The position numbers were made by a program, and so were the translations under genes. The notes beneath the pieces are model-generated. The model saw only the letters and a list, made by a program, of their open reading frames with translations, was not told the DNA's origin and did no database searches. A stretch of 64,000 bases of DNA from assembly GCF_963921235.1 (NCBI RefSeq), contig NC_086108.1, positions 868,001 to 932,000 of the forward strand, written 5' to 3'. Source of the stretch: Mobula hypostoma (lineage: Eukaryota). Within the stretch, counting starts at the first letter, position 1. Each line of letters starts with the position of its first letter. Shown in pieces: positions 1 through 14,685 of this stretch.

Positions 1-3000
1 GGGGATTGTTATTGTTACTGTATTTTAATGTGAGGGAGGGGATGGGGATTGTTATTGTTACTGTATTTTACTGTGGGGGGGACGGGGATTGTTATTGTTA
101 CTGTATTTTACTGTGGGGAGGGGACGGGGATTGTTATTGTTACTGTTTTTTACTGTGGGGGAGGGGATCGGGATTGTTATTGTTACTCTATTTTACTGTG
201 GGGGAGGGGATTGGTATTGTTATTGTTATTGTTACTGTATTTTACTGTGGGGAGGGGATGGGGATTGTTATTGTTACTGTATTTTACTGTGGGGGAGGGG
301 ATGGGGATTGTTATTGTTACTGTATTTTACTGTGGGGAGGGGATGGGGATTGTTATTGTTACTGTATTTTACTGTGAGGGAGGGGATGGGGATTGTTATT
401 GTTACTGTATTTTACTGAGGGGGAGGGGATGGGGATTGTTATTGTTAATGTATTTTAAAGTGGGGGAGGGGATGGGGATTGTTATTGTTACTGTATTTTA
501 CTGTGGGGGAGGGGATGGGGATTGTTATTGTTACTGTATTTTACTGTGGAGAGGGGATGGGGATTGTTATTGTTACTGTATTTTACTGTGGGGGAGGGGA
601 TGGCGATTGTTATTGTTACTGTATTTTACTGAGGGGGAGGGGATGGGGATTGTTATTGTTACTGTATTTTACTGAGGGGGAGGGGATGGGAATTGTTATT
701 GTTACTGTATTTTGCTGTGGGGGGGGACGGGGATTGTTATTGTTACTGTATTTTACTGTGGAGGGGACGGGGATTGTTATTGTTACTGTATTTTACTGAG
801 GGAGAGGGGATGGGGATTGTTATTGTTACTGTATTTTCCTGAGGGAGAGGGAAAGGGGATTATTATTGTTACTGTATTTTACTGTGGGGAGGGGATGGGG
901 ATTGTTATTGTTACTATATTTTACTGTGGGGAGGGGACGGGGATTGTTATTGTTACTGTATTTTACTTTGGGGGTGGGGATGGGGATTGTTATTGTAACT
1001 GTATTTTACTGTGGGGGAGGGGATGGGGATTGTTATTGTTACTGTATCTTACTGTGGTGAGGGGATGGGAATTGTTATTGTTACTGTATTTTACTGTGGG
1101 GAGGGGATGGGGATTGTTATTGTTACTGTAATTTACTGTGGGGAGGGGATGGGGATTGTTATTGTTACTGTATTATACTGAGGGGGGGATGGAGATTGTT
1201 ATTGTTACTGTATTTTACTGTGGGGAGGGAAGGGGGACTTTTATTGTTACTGTATTTTACTGTGAGGGAGGGAATGGGGATTGTTATTGTTACTGTATTT
1301 TACTGTGGGGGAGGGGATGGGGATTGTTATTGTTACTGTATTTTACTGTGGGGGACGGGATGGCGATTGTGATTGTTACTGTATTTTACTGTGGGGGAGG
1401 GGATGGGGATTGTTATTGTTACTGTATTTTACCGTGGGGGAGGGAATGGGGATTGTTATTGTTACTGTATTTTACTGTGGGGGAGGGTCAGGGATTGTTA
1501 TTATTACTGTATTTTACTGTGGGGGATGGAATGGTGATTGTGATTGTTACTGTATTTTACTGCGGGGGAGTGCATGGGGATTGTGATTGTTACTGTATTT
1601 TACTGTGGGTGAGGGGATGGTATTTGTTATTGTTACTGTATTTTACTGTGGGGGAGGGGATGGGGATTGTTATTGTTACTGTATTTTACCGTGGGGGAGT
1701 GGATGGGGTTTGTTATTGTTACTGTATTTTACTGTGGGGAAGGGGATCGGGATTGTTATTGTTACTGTATTTTACTGTGGGGGAGGGGATGGGGATGTTA
1801 TTGTTACTGTATTTTACCGTGGGGGAGGGTCAGGGATTGTTATTGTTACTGTATTTAACTGAGGGGGAGGGGATGGGGATTGTTATTGTTACTGTAGTTT
1901 ACTCAGGGGGAGGGCATGGGGACTGTTATTGTTACTGTATTTTACTGAGGGGAGGGGATGGGGATTGTTATTGTTACCGTATTTTACCGTGGGGGAGGGG
2001 ATGGGGTTTGTTATTGTTACTGTATTTTACTGTGGGGGAGGGGATGGGGATTGTTATTGTTACTGTATTTTACTGTGGGGGAGGGGATGGGGATTGTTAT
2101 TGTTACTGTATTTTACTGTGGTGAGGGGATGGGAATTGTTATTGTTACTGTATTTTACTGTTGGGAGGGGATGGGGATTGTTATTGTTACTGTATTTTAC
2201 TGTGGGGAGGGGATGGGGATTGTTATTGTATTATACTGAGGGGGGGATGGGGATTGTTATTGTTACTGTATTTTACTGTGGGGAGGGAAGGGGGACTTTT
2301 ATTGTTACTGTATTTTACTGTGAGGGAGGGGATGGGGATTGTTATTGTTACTGTATTTTACTGTGGGGAGGGGATGGGGATTGTTATTGTTACTGTATTT
2401 TACTGTGGGGGAGGGGATGGGGATTGTTATTGTTACTGTATTTTACTGAGAGGGAGGGGATGGGGATTGTTATTGTTAGTGTATCTTACTGTGGGGGAGG
2501 GGTGGTGATTGTTATTGTTACTGTATTATACTGAGGGGGAGGGGATGGGGATTGTTATTGTTACTGTATTTTACTGTGGGGGAGGGGATGGGGATTGTTA
2601 TTGTTACTGTATTTTACTGAGGGGAAGGGGATGGGGATTGTTATTGTTACTGTATTATACTGAGGGGGATGGGGATTGTTATTGTTACTGTATTTTAGTG
2701 TGGGGAGGGAATGGGGACTTTTATTGTTACTGTATTTTACTGTTAGGGAGGGGATGGGGATTGTTATTGTTACTGTAGTTTACTCAGGGGGAGGGCATGG
2801 GGACTGTTATTGTTACTGTATTTTACTGAGGGGAGGGGATGGGGATTGTTATTGTTACTGTATTTTACTGTGGGGGAGAGGATGGGGATTGTTATTTTAC
2901 TGTATTTTACCGTGGGGGAGAGGATGGGGATTGTTATTTTACTGTATTTTACCGTGGGGGAAGGGATGGGGTTTGTTATTGTTACTGTATTTTACTGTGG

Positions 3001-6000
3001 GGGAGGGAATGGGGATTGTTATTGTTACTGTATTTTACTGTGGGGGAGGGGATGGGGATTGTTATTGTTACTGTATTTTACTGTTGGGAGGGGATGGGGA
3101 TTGTTATTGTTACTGTATTTTACTGTGGGGAGGGGATGGGGATTATTATTGTTTTATACTGAGGGAGGGATGGGGATTGTTATTGTTACTGTATTTTACT
3201 GTGGGGAGGGAAGGGGGACTTTTATTGTTACTGTATTTTACTGAGGGGAGGGGATGGGGATTGTATTGTTACTGTATTTTACTGTGGGGGAGAGGATGGG
3301 GATTGTTATTTTACTGTATATTACCGTGGGGGAGGGGATGGGGATTGTTATTGTTACTGTATTTTACCGTGGGGGAGGGGATGGGGTTTGTTATTGCTAC
3401 TGTATTTTACTGTGGGGGAGGGGATGGGGATTGTTATTGTTACGGTATTTTACTGTGGTGACGGGATGGGAATTGTTATTGTTACTGTATTTTACTGTTG
3501 GGAGGGGATGGGGATTGTTATTGTTACTGTATTTTACTGTGGGGAGGGGATGGGGATTGTTATTGTATTATACTGAGGGGGGATGGGGATTGTTATTGTT
3601 ACTGTATTTTACTGTGGGGAGGTTAGGGGGACTTTTATTGTGACTGTATTTTACTGTGAGGGAGGGGATGGGGATTGTTATTGTTACTGTATTTTACTGT
3701 GGGGGAGGGGATGGGGATTGTTATTGTTACTGTATTTTACTGTGGGGGAGGGGATGGGGTTTGTTATTGTTACTGTATTTTACTGTGAGGGAGGGGATGG
3801 GGATTGTCATTGTTACTTTATTTTACTGTGGGGAGGGGATGAGGATTGTTATTGATACTGTATTTTACTGTGGAGGAGGGGCTGGGGACTGTTATTGTTA
3901 CTGTATTTTACTGAGGGGGGATGAGGATTGTTATTGTTAGTGTATTTTACTGTGGGGGAGGGGATGGGGATTGTTATTATTACTGTATTTTACTGTGGGG
4001 GAGGGGATGGGGATTGATATTGTTACTGTATTTTACTGTGGGGAGGGGATGGGGATTGTTATTGTTACTGTATTTTACTGTGGGGAGGGGATGGGGATTG
4101 TTATTGTTACTGTATTTTACTGTGGGGAGGGGATGGGGATTGATATTGTTACTGTATTTTACTGCGGGGTAGGGGATGGGGATTGTTATTGTTACTGTAT
4201 TTTACTGTGGGGGAGGGAAGGGGGACTTTTATTGTTACTGTATTTTACTGAGGGGAGGGGATGGGGATTGTTATTGTTACTGTATTTTACTGTGGGGGAG
4301 AGGATGGGGATTGTTATTTTACTGTATATTACCGTGGGGGAGGGGATGGGGATTGTTATTGTTACTGTATTTTACCGTGGGGGAGGGGATGGGGTTTGTT
4401 ATTGTTAATGTATTTTACTGTGGGGGAGGGGATGGGGATTGTTATTGTTACGGTATTTTACTGTGGTGACGGGATGGGAATTGTTATTGTTACTGTATTT
4501 TACTGTGAGGAGGGGATGGGGATTGTTATTGTATTATACTGAGGGGGGGATGGGGATTGTTATTGTTACTGTATTTTACTGTGGGGAGGTAAGGGGGACT
4601 TTTATTGTTACTGTATTTTACTGTGAGGGAGGGGATGGGGATTGTTATTGTTACTGTATTTTACTGTGGGGGAGGGGATGGGGTTTGTTATTGTTACTGT
4701 ATTTTACTCTGGGGGAGGGGATGGGGATTGTTATTGTTACTGTATTTTACTGTGAGGGAGGGTATGGGGATTGTTATTGTTACTGTATTTTACTGTGGGG
4801 AGGGGATGGGGATTGATATTGTTACTGTATTTTACTGCGGGGTAGGGGATGTGGATTGTGATTGTTACTGTATTTTACTGTTGGGGAGTGGATGGGGATT
4901 GTTATTGTTACTGTATTTTACTGTGGGAGAGGGGATGGGGATTGTTATTGTTACTGTATTTTACTGAGGGGGAGGGGATGGGGATTGTTATTGTTAGTGT
5001 ATTTTACTGTGGGGGAGGGGATGATGATTGTTATTGTTACTGTATTTTACTGAGGGGAAGGGGATGGGGATTGTTATTGTTACTGTATTATACTGAGGGG
5101 GGGATGGGGATTGTTATTGTTACTGTATCTTAGTGTGGGGAGGGAATGGGGACTTTTATTGTTACTGTATTTTACTGTGAGGGAGGGGATGGGGATTGTT
5201 ATTGTTACTGTATTTTACTGTGGGGGAGGGGATGGGGATTGTTATTGTTACTGTATTTTACTGTGGGTGAGGGGGTGGGGATTGATATTGTTACTGTATT
5301 TTACTGCGGGGTAGGGGATGTGGATTGTGATTGTTACTGTATTTTACTGTTGGGGAGTGGATGGGGATTGTTATTGTTACTATATTTTACTGAGGGGGAG
5401 GGGATGGGGATTGTTATTGTTACTGTATTTTACTGTGGGAAGGGGATGGGGATTGTTGTTGTTACTGTATTTTACTGAGGGGGGGATGGGGATTGTTATT
5501 GTTACTGTATTTTACTGTGGGGAGGGGATGGGGATTGTTATTGTTACTGTATTTTACTGTGGGGGAGGGGATGGGGATTGTTATTGTTACTGTATTTTAC
5601 TGAGGGGGAGGAAATGGGGATTGTTATTGTTAGTGTATTTTACTGTGGGGGAGGGGATGGTGATTGTTATTGTTACTGTATTATATTGAGGGGGAGGGGA
5701 TGGGGATTGTTATTGTTACTGTATTTTACTGTGGGGGAGGGGATGGGGATTGTTATTGTTACTGTATTTTACTGTGGGGAGGGGATGGGGATTGTTATTG
5801 TTACTGTATTTTACTGTGGGGGAGGGAAGGGGGACTTTTATTGTTACTGTATTTTGCTGAGGGGAGGGGATGGGGATTGTTATTGTTACTGTATTTTACT
5901 GTGGGGGAGAGGATGGGGATTGTTATTTTACTGTATATTACCGTGGGGGAGGGGATGGGGATTGTTATTGTTACTGTATTTTACTGTGGGGGAGGGGATG

Positions 6001-9000
6001 GGGATTGTTATTGTTACGGTATTTTACTGTGGTGACGGGATGGGAATTGTTATTGTTACTGTATTTTACTGTTGGGAGGGGATGGGGATTGTTATTGTTA
6101 CTGTATTTTACTGTGAGGAGGGGATGGGGATTGTTATTGTATTATACTGAGGGGGGGATGGGGATTGTTATTGTTACTGTATTTTACTGTGGGGAGGTAA
6201 GGGGGACTTTTATTGTTACTGTATTTTACTGTGAGGGAGGGGATGGGGATTGTTATTGTTACTGTATTTTACTGTGGGGGAGGGGATGGGGATTGTTATT
6301 GTTACTGTATTTTACTGTGGGGGAGGGGATGGGGATTGTTATTGTTACTATATTTTACTGTGAGGGAGGGGATGGGGATTGTTATTGTTACTGTATTTTA
6401 CTGAGGGGGAGGGGATGAGGATTGTTATTGTTAGTGTATTTTACTGTGGGGGAGGGGATGGGGATTGTTATTATTACTGTATTTTACTGTGAGGAGGGGA
6501 TGGGGATTGTTATTGTATTATACTGAGGGGGAATGGGGATTGTTATTGTTACTGTATTTTACTGTGGGGAGGTAAGGGGGACTTTTATTGTTACTGTATT
6601 TTACTGTGAGGGAGGGGATGGGGATTGTTATTGTTACTGTATTTTACTGTGAGGGAGGGGATGGGGATTGTCATTGTTACTTTATTTTACTGTGGGGAGG
6701 GGATGAGGATTGTTATTGATACTGTATTTTACTGTGGAGGAGGGGCTGGGGATTGTTATTGTTACTGTATTTTACTGAGGGGGAGGGGATGAGGATTGTT
6801 ATTGTTAGTGTATTTTACTGTGGGGGAGGGGATGGGGATTGTTATTATTACTGTATTTTACTGTGGGGGAGGGGATGGGGATTGATATTCTTACTGTATT
6901 TTACTGCGGGGAGGGGATGGGGATTGTTATTGTTACTGTATTTTACTGTGGGGAGGGGATGGGGATTGTTATTGTTACTGTATTTTACTGTGGGGAGGGG
7001 ATGGGGATTGATATTGTTACTGTATTTTACTGCGGGGTAGGGGATGTGGATTGTGATTGTTACTGTATTTTACTGTTGGGGAGTGGATGGGGATTGTTAT
7101 TGTTACTGTATTTTACTGAGGGTGAGGGGATGGGGATTGTTATTGTTACTGTATTTTACTGTGGGGAGGGGATGGGGATTTTTATTGTTACTGTATTTTA
7201 CTGAGGGGGGGGATGGGGATTGTTATTGTTACTGTATTGTACTGTGGGGACGGGATGGGGATTGTTATTGTTACTGTATTTTACTGAGGGGGAGGGGATG
7301 GGGATTGTTATTGTTAGTGTATTTTACTGTGGGGGAGGGGATGATGATTGTTATTGTTACTGTATTTTACTGAGGGGAAGGGGATGGGGATTGTTATTGT
7401 TACTGTATTATACTGAGGGGGGGATGGGGATTGTTATTGTTACTGTATCTTAGTGTGGGGAGGGAATGGGGACTTTTATTGTTACTGTATTTTACTGTGA
7501 GGGAGGGGATGGGGATTGTTATTGTTACTGTATTTTACTGTGGGGGAGGGGATGGGGATTGTTATTGTTACTGTATTTTACTGTGGGGAGGGGATGGGGA
7601 TTGTTATTGGTACTGTATTTTACTGTGGGGGAGGGGCTGGGGATTGTTATTGTTACTGTATTTTACTGAGGGGGAGGGGATGGGGATTGTTATTGTTACT
7701 TTTTTTTTACCGTGGGGGAGGGGATGGGGTTTGTTATTGTTACTGTATTTTACTGTGGGGAAGGGGATCGGGATTGTTATTGTTAATGTATTTTACTGTG
7801 GGGGAGGGGATGGGGATTGTTATTGTTACTGTATTTTACCGTGGGGGAGGGGATGGGGATTGTTATTGTTACTGTATTTTACTGAGGGGGACGTGATGGG
7901 GATTGTTATTGTCACTTTATTTTACTTAGGGGAGGGGATGAGGATTGTTATTCTTAGTGTATTTTACTGTGAGAGAGGGGACGGGGATTGTTATTGTTAC
8001 TGTATTTTACTGTAGGGGAGGGGATGGGGATTGTTATTGTTACTGTATTTTACTGTGGGGAGGGGATGGGGATTGTTATTGATACTGTATTTTACTGTGG
8101 AGGAGGGGCTGGGGATTGTTATTGTTACTGTATTTTACTGAGGGGGAGGGGATGGGGATTGTTATTGTTAGTGTATTTTACTGTGGGGGAGGGGATGGGG
8201 ATTGTTATTGTTACTGTATTTTACTGAGGGGGAGGGGGTGGGGATTGATATTGTTACTGTATTTTACTGCGGGGTAGGGGATGTGGATTGTGATTGTTAC
8301 TGTATTTTACTGTTGGGGAGTGGATGGGGATTGTTATTGTTACTGTATTTTACTGTGGGGAGGTAAGGGGGACTTTTATTGTTACTGTATTTTACTGTGA
8401 GGGAGGGGATGGGGATTGTTATTGTTACTGTATTTTACTGTGGGGGAGGGGATGGGGATTGTTATTGTTACTGTATTTTACTGTGGGGGAGGGGATGGGG
8501 ATTGTTATTGTTACTGTATTTTACTGTGAGGGAGGGGATGGGGATTGTTATTGTTACTGTATTTTACTGAGGGGGAGGGGATGAGGATTGTTATTGTTAG
8601 TGTATTTTACTGTGGGGGAGGGGATGGGGATTGTTATTATTACTGTATTTTACTGTGAGGAGGGGATGGGGATTGTTATTGTATTATACTGAGGGGGGGA
8701 TGGGGATTGTTATTGTTACTGTATTTTACTGTGGGGAGGTAAGGGGGACTTTTATTGTTACTGTATTTTACTGTGAGGGAGGGGATGGGGATTGTTATTG
8801 TTACTGTATTTTACTGTGAGGGAGGGGATGGGGATTGTCATTGTTACTTTATTTTACTGTGGGGTGGGGATGAGGATTGTTATTGATACTGTATTTTACT
8901 GTGGAGGAGGGGCTGGGGATTGTTATTGTTACTGTATTTTACTGAGGGGGAGGGGATGAGGATTGTTATTGTTAGTGTATTTTACTGTGGGGGAGGGGAT

Positions 9001-12000
9001 GGGGATTGTTATTATTACTGTATTTTACTGTGGGGGAAGGGATGGGGATTGATATTGTTACTGTATTTTACTGCGGGGAGGGGATGGGGATTGTTATTGT
9101 TACTGTATTTTACTGTGGGGAGGGGATGGGGATTGTTATTGTTACTGTATTTTACTGTGGGGAGGGGATTGGGATTGATATTGTTACTGTATTTTACTGC
9201 GGGGTAGGGGATGTGGATTGTGATTGTTACTGTATTTTACTGTTGGGGAGTGGATGGGGATTGTTATTGTTACTGTATTTTACTGAGGGTGAGGGGATGG
9301 GGATTGTTATTGTTACTGTATTTTACTGTGGGGAGGGGATGGGGATTTTTATTGTTACTGTATTTTACTGAGGGGGGGATGGGGATTGTTATTGTTACTG
9401 TATTGTACTGTGGGGAGGGGATGGGGATTGTTATTGTTACTGTATTTTACTGTGGGAGAGGGGATGGGGATTGTTATTGTTACTGTATTTTACTGAGGGG
9501 GAGGGGATGGGGATTGTTATTGTTAGTGTATTTTACTGTGGGGGAGGGGATGATGATTGTTATTGTTACTGTATTTTACTGAGGGGAAGGGGATGGGGAT
9601 TGTTATTGTTACTGTATTTTACTGTGGGGAGGGGATGGGGATTGATATTGTTACTGTATTTTACTGCGGGGTAGGGGATGTGGATTGTGATTGTTACTGT
9701 ATTTTACTGTTGGGGAGTGGATGGGGATTGTTATTGTTACTGTATTTTACTGAGGGTGAGCGGATGGGGATTGTTATTGTTACTGTATTTTACTGTGGGG
9801 AGGGGATGGGGATTTTTATTGTTACTGTATTTTACTGAGGGGGGGGATGGGGATTGTTATTGTTACTGTATTGTACTGTGGGGAGGGGATGGGGATTGTT
9901 ATTGTTACTGTATTTTACTGTGGGAGAGGGGATGGGGATTGTTATTGTTACTGTATTTTACTGAGGGGGAGGGGATGGGGATTGTTATTGTTAGTGTATT
10001 TTACTGTGGGGGAGGGGATGATGATTGTTATTGTTACTGTATTATACTGAGGGGGGGATGGGGATTGTTATTGTTACTGTATCTTAGTGTGGGGAGGGAA
10101 TGGGGACTTTTATTGTTACTGTATTTTACTGTGAGGGAGGGGATGGGGATTGTTATTGTTACTGTATTTTACTGTGGGGGAGGGGCTGGGGATTGTTATT
10201 GTTACTGTATTTTACTGTGGGGAGGGGATGGGGATTGTTATTGTTACTGTATTTTACTGTGAGGGAGGGGATGGGGATTGTTATTGTTACTGTATTTTAC
10301 TGAGGGGAGGGGATGGGGATTGTTATTGTTACTGTATTTTACTGAGGGGGAGGGGATGGGGATTGTTATTGTTACTTTTTTTTACCGTGGGGGAGGGGAT
10401 GGGGTTTGTTATTGTTACTGTATTTTACTGTGGGGAAGGGGATCGGGATTGTTATTGTTAATGTATTTTACTGTGGGGGAGGGGATGGGGATTGTTATTG
10501 TTACTGTATTTTACCGTGGGGGAGGGGATGGGGATTGTTATTGTTACTGTATTTTCCTGAGGGGGACGTGATGGGGATTGTTATTGTCACTTTATTTTAC
10601 TTAGGGGAGGGGATGAGGATTGTTATTCTTAGTGTATTTTACTGTGAGAGAGGGGACGGGGATTGTTATTGTTACTGTATTTTACTGTAGGGGAGGGGAT
10701 GGGGATTGTTATTGTTACTGTATTTTACTGTGGGGAGGGGATGGGGATTGTTATTGATACTGTATTTTACTGTGGAGGAGGGGCTGGGGATTGTTATTGT
10801 TACTGTATTTTACTGAGGGGGAGGGGATGGGGATTGTTATTGTTAGTGTATTTTATTGTGGGGGAGGGGATGGGGATTGTTATTATTACTGTATTTTACT
10901 GTGGGGGAGTGGGTGGGGATTGATATGGTTACTGTATTTTACTGCGGGGTAGGGGATGTGGATTGTGATTGTTACTGTATTTTACTGTTGGGGAGTGGAT
11001 GGGGATTGTTATTGTTACTGTATTTTACTGTGGGGAGGTAAGGGGGACTTTTATTGTTACTGTATTTTACTGTGAGGGAGGGGATGGGGATTGTTATTGT
11101 TACTGTATTTTACTGTGGGGGAGGGGATGGGGATTGTTATTGTTACTGTATTTTACTGTGGGGGAGGGGATGGGGATTGTTATTGTTACTGTATTTTACT
11201 GTGAGGGAGGGGATGGGGATTGTTATTGTTACTGTATTTTACTGAGGGGGAGGGGATGAGGATTGTTATTGTTAGTGTATTTTACTGTGGGGGAGGGGAT
11301 GGGGATTGTTATTATTACTGTATTTTACTGTGAGGAGGGGATGGGGATTGTTATTGTATTATACTGAGGGGTGGATGGGGATTGTTATTGTTACTGTATT
11401 TTACTGTGGGGAGGTAAGGGGGACTTTTATTGTTACTGTATTTTACTGTGAGGGAGGGGATGGGGATTGTTATTGTTACTGTATTTTACTGTGAGGGAGG
11501 GGATGGGGATTGTCATTGTTACTTTATTTTACTGTGGGGAGGGGATGAGGATTGTTATTGATACTGTATTTTACTGTGGAGGAGGGGCTGGGGATTGTTA
11601 TTGTTACTGTATTTTACTGAGGGGGAGGGGATGAGGATTGTTATTGTTAGTGTATTTTACTGTGGGGAGGGGATGGGGATTGTTATTATTACTGTATTTT
11701 ACTGTGGGGGAGGGGATGGGGATTGATATTGTTACTGTATTTTACTGCGGGGAGGGGATGGGGATTGTTATTGTTACTGTATTTTACTGTGGGGAGGGGA
11801 TGGGGATTGTTATTGTTACTGTATTTTACTGTGGGGAGGGGATGGGGATTGATATTGTTACTGTATTTTACTGCGGGGTAGGGGATGTGGATTGTGATTG
11901 TTACTGTATTTTACTGTTGGGGAGTGGATGGGGATTGTTATTGTTACTGTATTTTACTGAGGGTGAGGGGATGGGGATTGTTATTGTTACTGTATTTTAC

Positions 12001-14172
12001 TGTGGGGAGGGGATGGGGATTTTTATTGTTACTGTATTTTACTGAGGGGGGGATGGGGATTGTTATTGTTACTGTTTTGTACTGTGGGGAGGGGATGGGG
12101 ATTGTTATTGTTACTGTATTTTACTGTGGGAGAGGGGATGGGGATTGTTATTGTTACTGTATTTTACTGAGGGGGAGGGGATGGGGATTGTTATTGTTAG
12201 TGTATTTTACTGTGGGGGAGGGGATGATGATTGTTATTGTTACTGTATTTTACTGAGGGGAAGGGGATGGGGATTGTTATTGTTACTGTATTAGACTGAG
12301 GGGGGGATGGGGATTGTTATTGTTACTGTATCTTAGTGTGGGGAGGGAATGGGGACTTTTATTGTTACTGTATTTTACTGTGAGGGAGGGGATGGGGATT
12401 TTTATTGTTACTGTATTTTACTGTGGGGGAGGGGATGGGGATTGTTATTGTTACTGTATTTTACTGTGGGGAGGGGATGGGGATTGTTATTGTTACTGTA
12501 TTTTACTGTGGGGGAGGGGCTGGGGATTGTTATTGTTACTGTATTTTACTGAGGGGGAGGGGATGGGGATTGTTATTGTTACTTTTTTTTTACCGTGGGG
12601 GAGGGGATGGGGTTTGTTATTGTTACTGTATTTTACTGTGGGGAAGGGGATCGGGATTGTTATTGTTAATGTATTTTACTGTGGGGGAGGGGATGGGGAT
12701 TGTTATTGTTACTGTATTTTACCGTGGGGGAGGGGATGGGGATTGTTATTGTTACTGTATTTTACTGAGGGGGACGTGATGGGGATTGTTATTGTCACTT
12801 TATTTTACTTAGGGGAGGGGATGAGGATTGTTATTCTTAGTGTATTTTACTGTGAGAGAGGGGACGGGGATTGTTATTGTTACTGTATTTTACTGTAGGG
12901 GAGGGGATGGGGATTGTTATTGTTACTGTATTTTACTGTGGGGAGGGGATGGGGATTGTTATTGATACTGTATTTTACTGTGGAGGAGGGGCTGGGGATT
13001 GTTATTGTTACTGTATTTTACTGTGGGAAGGGGATGGGGATTGTTGTTGTTACTGTATTTTACTGAGGGGGGGATGGGGATTGTTATTGTTACTGTATTT
13101 TACTGTGGGGAGGGGATGGGGATTGTTATTGTTACTGTATTTTACTGTGGGGGAGGGGGTGGGGATTGATATTGTTACTGTATTTTACTGCGGGGTAGGG
13201 GATGTGGATTGTGATTGTTACTGTATTTTACTGTTGGGGAGTGGATGGGGATTGTTATTGTTACTGTATTTTACTGAGGGGGAGGGGATGGGGATTGTTA
13301 TTGTTACTGTATTTTACTGTGGGAAGGGGATGGGGATTGTTGTTGTTACTGTATTTTACTGAGGGGGGGATGGGGATTGTTATTGTTACTGTATTTTACT
13401 GTGGGGAGGGGATGGGGATTGTTATTGTTACTGTATTTTACTGTGGGGGAGGGGATGGGGATTGTTATTGTTACTGTATTTTACTGAGGGGGAGGGGATG
13501 GGGATTGTTATTGTTAGTGTATTTTACTGTGGGGGAGGGGATGGTGATTGTTATTGTTACTGTATTATATTGAGGGGGAGGGGATGGGGATTGTTATTGT
13601 TACTGTATTTTACTGTGGGGGAGGGGATGGGGAATGTTATTGTTACTGTATTTTACTGAGGGGAAGGGGATGGGGATTGTTATTGTTACTGTATTATACT
13701 GAGGGGGGATGGGGATTGTTATTGTTACTGTATTTTACTGTGGGGGAGGGGATGGGGATTGTTATTGTTACTGTATTTTACTGTGGGGAGGGGATGGGGA
13801 TTGTTATTGTTACTGTATTTTACTGTGGGGAGGGGATGGGGATTTTTATTGTTACTGTATTTTACTGAGGGGGGGGATGGGGATTGTTATTGTTACTGTA
13901 TTGTACTGTGGGGAGGGGATGGGGATTGTTATTGTTAGTGTATTTTACTGTGGGGGAGGGGATGGTGATTGTTATTGTTACTTTATTATACTGAGGGGGA
14001 GGGGATGGGGATTGTTATTGTTACTGTATTATACTGTGGGGGAGGGGACGGGGATTGTTATTGTTACTGTATTTTACTGTGGGGGAGGGGATGGGGATCG
14101 TTATTGTTACTGTATTTTACTGTGGACAGGGGATGGGGATTGTTATTGTTACTCTATTTTACTGTGGGGAGT
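1..14172. repeat. Tandem satellite/minisatellite array, 42-43 bp monomer (GGGGGAGGGGATGGGGATTGTTATTGTTACTGTATTTTACTGT), roughly 330 copies, running off the left window edge
   Basis: The monomer repeats head-to-tail without interruption from base 1 to about 14172. Variation is mainly in G-run length and single substitutions. Copy number is estimated as length divided by ~42.5. Confidence 0.99.
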
Positions 14173-14685
14173 GGCAAAGCGATTGCCTCAGAGCCTTGGC
14201 AGTCTATTTTTAAGCCAGGCATGGATTTTTGGTAATAACTGTTCCTGAACCTGGTAGTGTGGGACCTGAGGCTCATTGTGGTGCGTGAAGTTATGCACAC
14301 TGGTTCAGGAGCCTGATGGTTGTGGGGTAATAACTGTTCCCGAACCTGGTGGTGTGGGACCTTAGGCTGCTCTACCGCCTGCCCGATGCATGGTTTGAAA
14401 TTTTGGGGTCATTCCTGAGTTTGGCTGCAGGAAAGTGAATCTCAGTGTTCTATATGTTGATATATATACACTTTCATAATAAGATTTACATTGAACTTTC
14501 ATGATGGGTGCTATGTGGTGGCGGTGCTCTGTCGATGATCTCCTCTCAAATACTTAGCGCCCAGCCAAGATCAGTCCACAATTTATTAGGTTTTTCTTTT
14601 AGGGAGTTTGCTGTCCTCAAACAGGTCACAACAATAATTGCGTAATTCCCGTGATATGGAAATATACCATGGTCAGATTAGAGAC

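Noticed and set aside
1..14172. CRISPR-like alternation of constant and variable segments
   Set aside because: The variable parts are only G-run variants of one sequence, not unique spacers. There are no cas genes and the context is vertebrate.
6..14248. Dozens of Cys/Gly/Leu-rich ORFs up to 328 aa
   Set aside because: The consensus 43-mer has no stop codon in any forward frame, so overlapping ORFs arise automatically. G-run indels shift frames at random and TGAG variants insert stops, showing no coding constraint.
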